DNA from: a bacterium
GTDB taxonomy: Bacteria > Patescibacteriota > Minisyncoccia > UBA6257 > GWB1-50-10
Assembly (NCBI GenBank): GCA_021815205.1
Contig: JAKAHD010000003.1
Span: forward strand, 27,239-91,238
DNA: 64,000 nucleotides
Direction of reading: 5' to 3'
The position numbers and the translations under genes are program-made. This document shows positions 59,947-64,000 of the stretch, in pieces (position 1 is the first letter of the stretch; the number at the start of each line of letters is the position of its first letter). The notes under the pieces were generated by a model. That model was not told where the DNA came from, ran no database searches, and saw only the letters and a program-made list of their open reading frames with translations.

Positions 59947-62900
59947 CTATTGCAACTTTCTCAATCCAATCCAAATATCGGATTCGTTGATTTTTGTGTC
60001 ACACTCCGCATCGAACTTCTCGGAGCGCTTCCACTCGACCGATGCGGCATTCGTTTCTTTCTTAATAAGGGCGGTGTTCTTCTCGACGATACTCGCGAAC
60101 TCCTTGTCCCCCTCCATCATGAGCGCGATCGTGTCCTTCGGCTCAAGCCTCGCGTCCTGGCGCAATCCCTGGATCGTGCGCATAAGCTCGCGGAGCATTC
60201 CCTCTTCGCGGAGTTCGTGTGTAATCTCCGCATCGAGCACGAAGTCCTCCTTGAGATTTTTGTCGAAACTGATTGTCTTCACATTGATTTCGTCTTTGAG
60301 TATCTCCAAAAGTTCTTTCTGGCCGCTTAATTCCTGATTCCTAATTCCTAATTCCCGTAAAGGTTGTCTCACCTTTATTCCCCGTTCCGCCCGCTTCGCG
60401 AGGACCGCGCTCGCCAAGTCGCGTACTTTCGCCATATCGGTCAATAATTTTTGATTTTTGATTTTTGATTTTTGATCTACCTTCGTCCACTCCGCCATAT
60501 GCACCGAGAGCCCTTTCCCGTCGAGCGAGAGGTAGAGCGATTCGGCAAAGAAGGGGGTAAAGGGCGCCATAAGTTTCGCGGTCTCAAGAAGCGCATACCG
60601 GAGCGTCGCGGATGCCGCCGCGTAGTCCTCTTGACTTTCCGGTTTCTGGAGCCGCCGCCGCGACCGGCGGATATACCAGCGCGAGAGGTCCCCCGCAAAA
60701 TTCTCGATGTTCCGCGCCGCGGTCCCTATGTCGTAGACATTCAAACTCTTTGTCACCACATTGATCGTCTCATTGAGCCGCGCAAGGACCCATCTGTCAA
60801 GAATGTGCGAAGGTTTTAGGTTTAAGGTCTTAGGTTTTAGGTTTCTATCGGAATATGTTTCGCAGAAGACATAGGAGTGATACAAAAGTTGGAAGAACTG
60901 GCGCGAAACTTTTCCGAGATCCGCCTCATCAAACCGCTTGGGCTCGCCCGGCGGATTCACGGTGTAGCAATACCACCGGACGACATCAACGCCGTACTTC
61001 GCGATCATGTCCCACGGGCTTACGATATTCCCCTTCGACTTCGACATCTTCTGCCCGTGCTTATCGAGAATAAGCCCTAAGGCGATCACGTTCTTATAGG
61101 GTGCCTCAAGTCCCAAGAGCGTCGCGAGCGCGAGGAGCGTATAAAACCAGCCGCGCGTCTGATCAATTCCCTCGACGATATAGTCGGCGGGAAAATCGAT
61201 CTTCTTTATGAGCGCTTTGAGATTCTGCGGGGTGAGCTTTGGTGTCTTGGCAGTGAGCTTCAAATTGAACCTGAAGGGAAAGTGTTCCTGGGCGAAGGGC
61301 ATCGCACCAGAATCAAACCACACGTCCATCACTTCCGGTACTCGATGCATCGCGGTTTTGCACTTCGGGCACTCCACGGAAAATTCGTCAATGTAGGGAC
61401 GATGCAGATCAAACTCGCCCGTCTCGCTTCTCGGTACGGAACGCAGGGTGCCATACTCCACCTCGCCGTTCTTTACGTAATCCTCGCCGCGCCTATCCTT
61501 CTCGGCGACCGCGTCCGTACTCGTCCATCCCTGCATAATATGCTGGAGCATCCAGACGCACGATTCGTGCGTCACAATAAGAATCGTCTTCCCTTGATAT
61601 TTCTTCTCCATCTCACGCACAAAATCATAGAGTCGCGCGCGCAAATCGGCGAAGCTCTCCCCGTTCGGCGCCCGCTTCAGAAACTTCTCGTGGCGCGAAC
61701 CGTAGTATCCTCGGTACGCGTCATACGGCATGTCGTTGAAGTCGCCAAAATCGAACTCGCGGATACGCGCATCGAACACGATCTTCGGAAGCGAGAGCTT
61801 CTCCTTGAGCACCTCGGCGCTCTCCTTGGTGCGCGTGAGATCGGAGGCAAAAAAGAGATCAATCTTTTCCTTCTTTATTTTTCGTGCGGCGGCCTCGATC
61901 TGCGTTCTCCCCTTCAAGGTGAGGTGGTACGGCTTCTTCTCGGGCCAGCTCACGACCATATGCTTTGTATTGCTCTCCGCCTCGCCGTGGCGGATGAAGA
62001 TGTACTTGTTTGTGCTCTTCGGCGCAAGTGATTCAAGATCCTTCACGCTCCCCGGCACATGCGCCTTCCCGCACTGCTCGCACTGCCAGATCGGCAAGGG
62101 AGTGCCCCAGTACCGCTCGCGGGAAACCGCCCAATCCTTCACCTCGCGAAGCCACTCGCCGAAACGCCCGTCCTTAATTGTTTCCGGAACCCAGTTGATC
62201 TTTTTATTTGAAGCGAGGAGTTTCGAGCGAAGCGAGCTCATCGCGATAAACCACGAGTCGCGCGCATAGTAGAGGAGCGGCGTACCGCACCGCCAGCAGT
62301 ACGGGTAATCGTGCGTATATTCTTCGGTACGGAGGAAGAGGTTTTTTGACTTTAAATATTCAAATATCAGTTCCTCCGTTTCTTTGCTTTTCACGGAGCG
62401 TCCCTCAAGTTCCTTCACGTCCTTTGTAAACTTCCCTTGTTCATCCACCGTGTGGTGCTGCGGGAGACCGATTCTTTTTCCGAGATTATAATCGTCTTCT
62501 CCGTACATCACGGCGGTGTGCACGACGCCTGTGCCGTCCGTCGTCGTCACGAAATCAGCGGGATACACTTTATATGAGGTGTCGGATTTAAGCGCAGGCA
62601 CGTCGAAAAGCGGCTCGTACTCTAAACCGATCAGATCCTTTCCTTGTATCGTAGTAAGTATTTTGTATTCAGTAGTAAGCACCTTGCTCGCTAAATCTTG
62701 AGCAACAATGTAATTCTCCCCCGTATCCTTACTGCGCACTACTTGATATGTAATACTTTTCCCCACGGCGAGCGCGACATTCCCGGGAAGCGTCCACGGG
62801 GTTGTGGTCCAGGAAAGAACATAAATGTCTCCTCGAGTTTTTAGTTTCGAGTTTTTAGTTTTTAGTTTGAATTTTATATAGACTGAAGTATCCTTCACTT

Positions 62901-63501
62901 CCTTGTATCCCAACGCGAGTTCGTGCGAAGAAAGCGCGGTGCCGCATCGCGTGCACCACGGCACTACCTTATGGCCCTTGTAGAGCAGTTTCTTCTCCCA
63001 AATTTGTTTCAAAAGAAACCACACCGATTCGATGTAGTTGTTCTCATAGGTTATGTAGGGATTTTTAAGATCGAGCCAGAAGCCCATACGGCGCGTAAGA
63101 CGCTCCCACTCGTCTTTGTACTGCCAGACGGACTGTCTGCACGCCTCGTTGAACTTCGCGATACCGTACTGTTCGATCTCCTTCTTCGATTTCAGGCCGA
63201 GTTTTTTCTCGACCTCGAGCTCCACGGGAAGCCCGTGCGTATCCCACCCCGCGCGGCGCGGGACGTAGTAGCCGGACATTGATTTATAGCGAAGTATTAT
63301 GTCCTTGAAACTTCGCGAGAGTACGTGATGGATGCCGGGGCGGCCGTTTGCGGTGGGAGGTCCTTCATAAAACACGAATTTTCTTCCCCTACTCTCTCTT
63401 CGTGCGGCAAGGGATTTTTCGAATACCGAATTTTCTCGCCAAAATGAAAGTATTTTTTCTTCTATTTCGGGGAGAGAAAATTTCTCAAGTCTGCGCAACA
63501 T
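59947..63501 (-). CDS. ileS: Isoleucine--tRNA ligase with inserted histidine-phosphatase (PGM-like) domain and several micro-repeat insertions
   Basis: HIGH-region PPTANGRPGIHH, editing domain (TTPWTLPGN), KMSKS; aa about 531-735 form RHG-type phosphatase domain (IFIRHGEAESN...ILIVTHES). Confidence 0.85.
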   Translation of the reverse strand: MLRRLEKFSLPEIEEKILSFWRENSVFEKSLAARRESRGRKFVFYEGPPTANGRPGIHHVLSRSFKDIILRYKSMSGYYVPRRAGWDTHGLPVELEVEKKLGLKSKKEIEQYGIAKFNEACRQSVWQYKDEWERLTRRMGFWLDLKNPYITYENNYIESVWFLLKQIWEKKLLYKGHKVVPWCTRCGTALSSHELALGYKEVKDTSVYIKFKLKTKNSKLKTRGDIYVLSWTTTPWTLPGNVALAVGKSITYQVVRSKDTGENYIVAQDLASKVLTTEYKILTTIQGKDLIGLEYEPLFDVPALKSDTSYKVYPADFVTTTDGTGVVHTAVMYGEDDYNLGKRIGLPQHHTVDEQGKFTKDVKELEGRSVKSKETEELIFEYLKSKNLFLRTEEYTHDYPYCWRCGTPLLYYARDSWFIAMSSLRSKLLASNKKINWVPETIKDGRFGEWLREVKDWAVSRERYWGTPLPIWQCEQCGKAHVPGSVKDLESLAPKSTNKYIFIRHGEAESNTKHMVVSWPEKKPYHLTLKGRTQIEAAARKIKKEKIDLFFASDLTRTKESAEVLKEKLSLPKIVFDARIREFDFGDFNDMPYDAYRGYYGSRHEKFLKRAPNGESFADLRARLYDFVREMEKKYQGKTILIVTHESCVWMLQHIMQGWTSTDAVAEKDRRGEDYVKNGEVEYGTLRSVPRSETGEFDLHRPYIDEFSVECPKCKTAMHRVPEVMDVWFDSGAMPFAQEHFPFRFNLKLTAKTPKLTPQNLKALIKKIDFPADYIVEGIDQTRGWFYTLLALATLLGLEAPYKNVIALGLILDKHGQKMSKSKGNIVSPWDMIAKYGVDVVRWYCYTVNPPGEPKRFDEADLGKVSRQFFQLLYHSYVFCETYSDRNLKPKTLNLKPSHILDRWVLARLNETINVVTKSLNVYDIGTAARNIENFAGDLSRWYIRRSRRRLQKPESQEDYAAASATLRYALLETAKLMAPFTPFFAESLYLSLDGKGLSVHMAEWTKVDQKSKIKNQKLLTDMAKVRDLASAVLAKRAERGIKVRQPLRELGIRNQELSGQKELLEILKDEINVKTISFDKNLKEDFVLDAEITHELREEGMLRELMRTIQGLRQDARLEPKDTIALMMEGDKEFASIVEKNTALIKKETNAASVEWKRSEKFDAECDTKINESDIWIGLRKLQ

Positions 63502-63748
63502 GGTAGTTATTGTAATGGGGAAGCGGAATTTTCGCAAAACACGGACACCGAATTTTAAATATCCATCATATGAGAAAACCCACCATAATATGCGCACACA
63601 TCCGCCCCTCAAAAGTAACGATTACTAAATCAATTTAGTACAACGGAAGGAGGTCTTGCCTCAATATGATGTATTGAAGCGAGGCGTCCTGATTTTAGAG
63701 TACGTGTATCCGCGTAAATCAGTTTTAAATCCGCGGTAATCCGTTTTT

Positions 63749-64000
63749 TTACATTCTCTCCACCACTTCGATCCCCAGAAGCTCTAAACCCTTCCTCAGC
63801 ACATCCGCAGCAACGCTGAGGAGCGCGAGCCGTGCAGCACGCACCTTCTCATTCGCCCTCAAGACAGGCAGTGTTTGATAAAAATAATTTGCGTCTTTCG
63901 CGAGCGCATAGAGATAATCCGAAAGGTGATTTGGGTAGTACGAGCGCGTAATCTCCTCAACCACCTGGGGAAATTCAAAAAGGTCCATAATAAGCTTCTC
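63749..64000 (-). CDS. argS: Arginine--tRNA ligase, C-terminal DALR anticodon-binding domain (5' part beyond window)
   Basis: Frame open to window end; ...RLALLSVAADVLRKGLELLGIEVVERM terminal ArgRS signature. Confidence 0.7.
   Translation of the reverse strand, partial: EKLIMDLFEFPQVVEEITRSYYPNHLSDYLYALAKDANYFYQTLPVLRANEKVRAARLALLSVAADVLRKGLELLGIEVVERM

Noticed and set aside
61408-63022. Intein in IleRS
   Set aside because: Insert lacks intein hallmarks (no N-terminal Cys/Ser block A, no C-terminal HN plus Cys/Ser/Thr) and instead has RHG/His-phosphatase motifs

Overview
This window appears to come from a small-genome bacterium, with genes of about 55-60% GC punctuated by AT-rich intergenic islands and several lower-GC gene islets. 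It resembles a Patescibacteria/CPR-like lineage; this is an inference from the gene content, not a database result. The supporting traits are a four-helix-bundle '23S rRNA IVS' protein, three O-antigen-ligase-family membrane proteins, a giant S/T-rich surface protein, a split transketolase, tRNAs without encoded CCA, and a group I intron in a tRNA.

Positions 1231-17081 (mostly minus strand) are one large surface-glycan biosynthesis cluster. It holds a complete GDP-D-glycero-D-manno-heptose pathway (gmhA, hddA, hddC-like, gmhB), GDP-L-fucose synthesis (gmd, fcl), four GT2/CgeB-type glycosyltransferases, three SAM methyltransferases, an SDR epimerase/dehydratase, a split transketolase and an O-antigen ligase/polymerase-like protein.

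The rest is housekeeping: clpB, htrA, SIMPL, a NifS-like cysteine desulfurase, mgtC, PduO-type adenosyltransferase, tmk, gdh, gpmI, rny, hup, an ECF sigma / anti-sigma pair, secG, a family-5 solute-binding protein, PGI/PMI, rnj, trpS, ileS and partial argS. There are six tRNA genes, one of them split by a group I intron.

The most unusual signals are:
- a tRNA-Phe(GAA) interrupted by a 229-nt group I intron in the anticodon loop;
- an IleRS carrying a complete histidine-phosphatase (phosphoglycerate-mutase-like) domain of about 205 aa inserted in-frame;
- a cysteine desulfurase and ileS that both carry in-frame insertions built from the same short repeats found in intergenic DNA (CTGAT boxes, AATCCGA heptamers);
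- a perfect 45-bp x3 tandem repeat inside an O-antigen-ligase/TPR membrane protein;
- several families of small dispersed palindromic elements (TIR TAGAAGCAG, TIR CCCGTTAGAA, a conserved-loop hairpin family, TACGAA arrays, and a 42-bp perfect palindrome).

No CRISPR array, transposase or integrase was seen.
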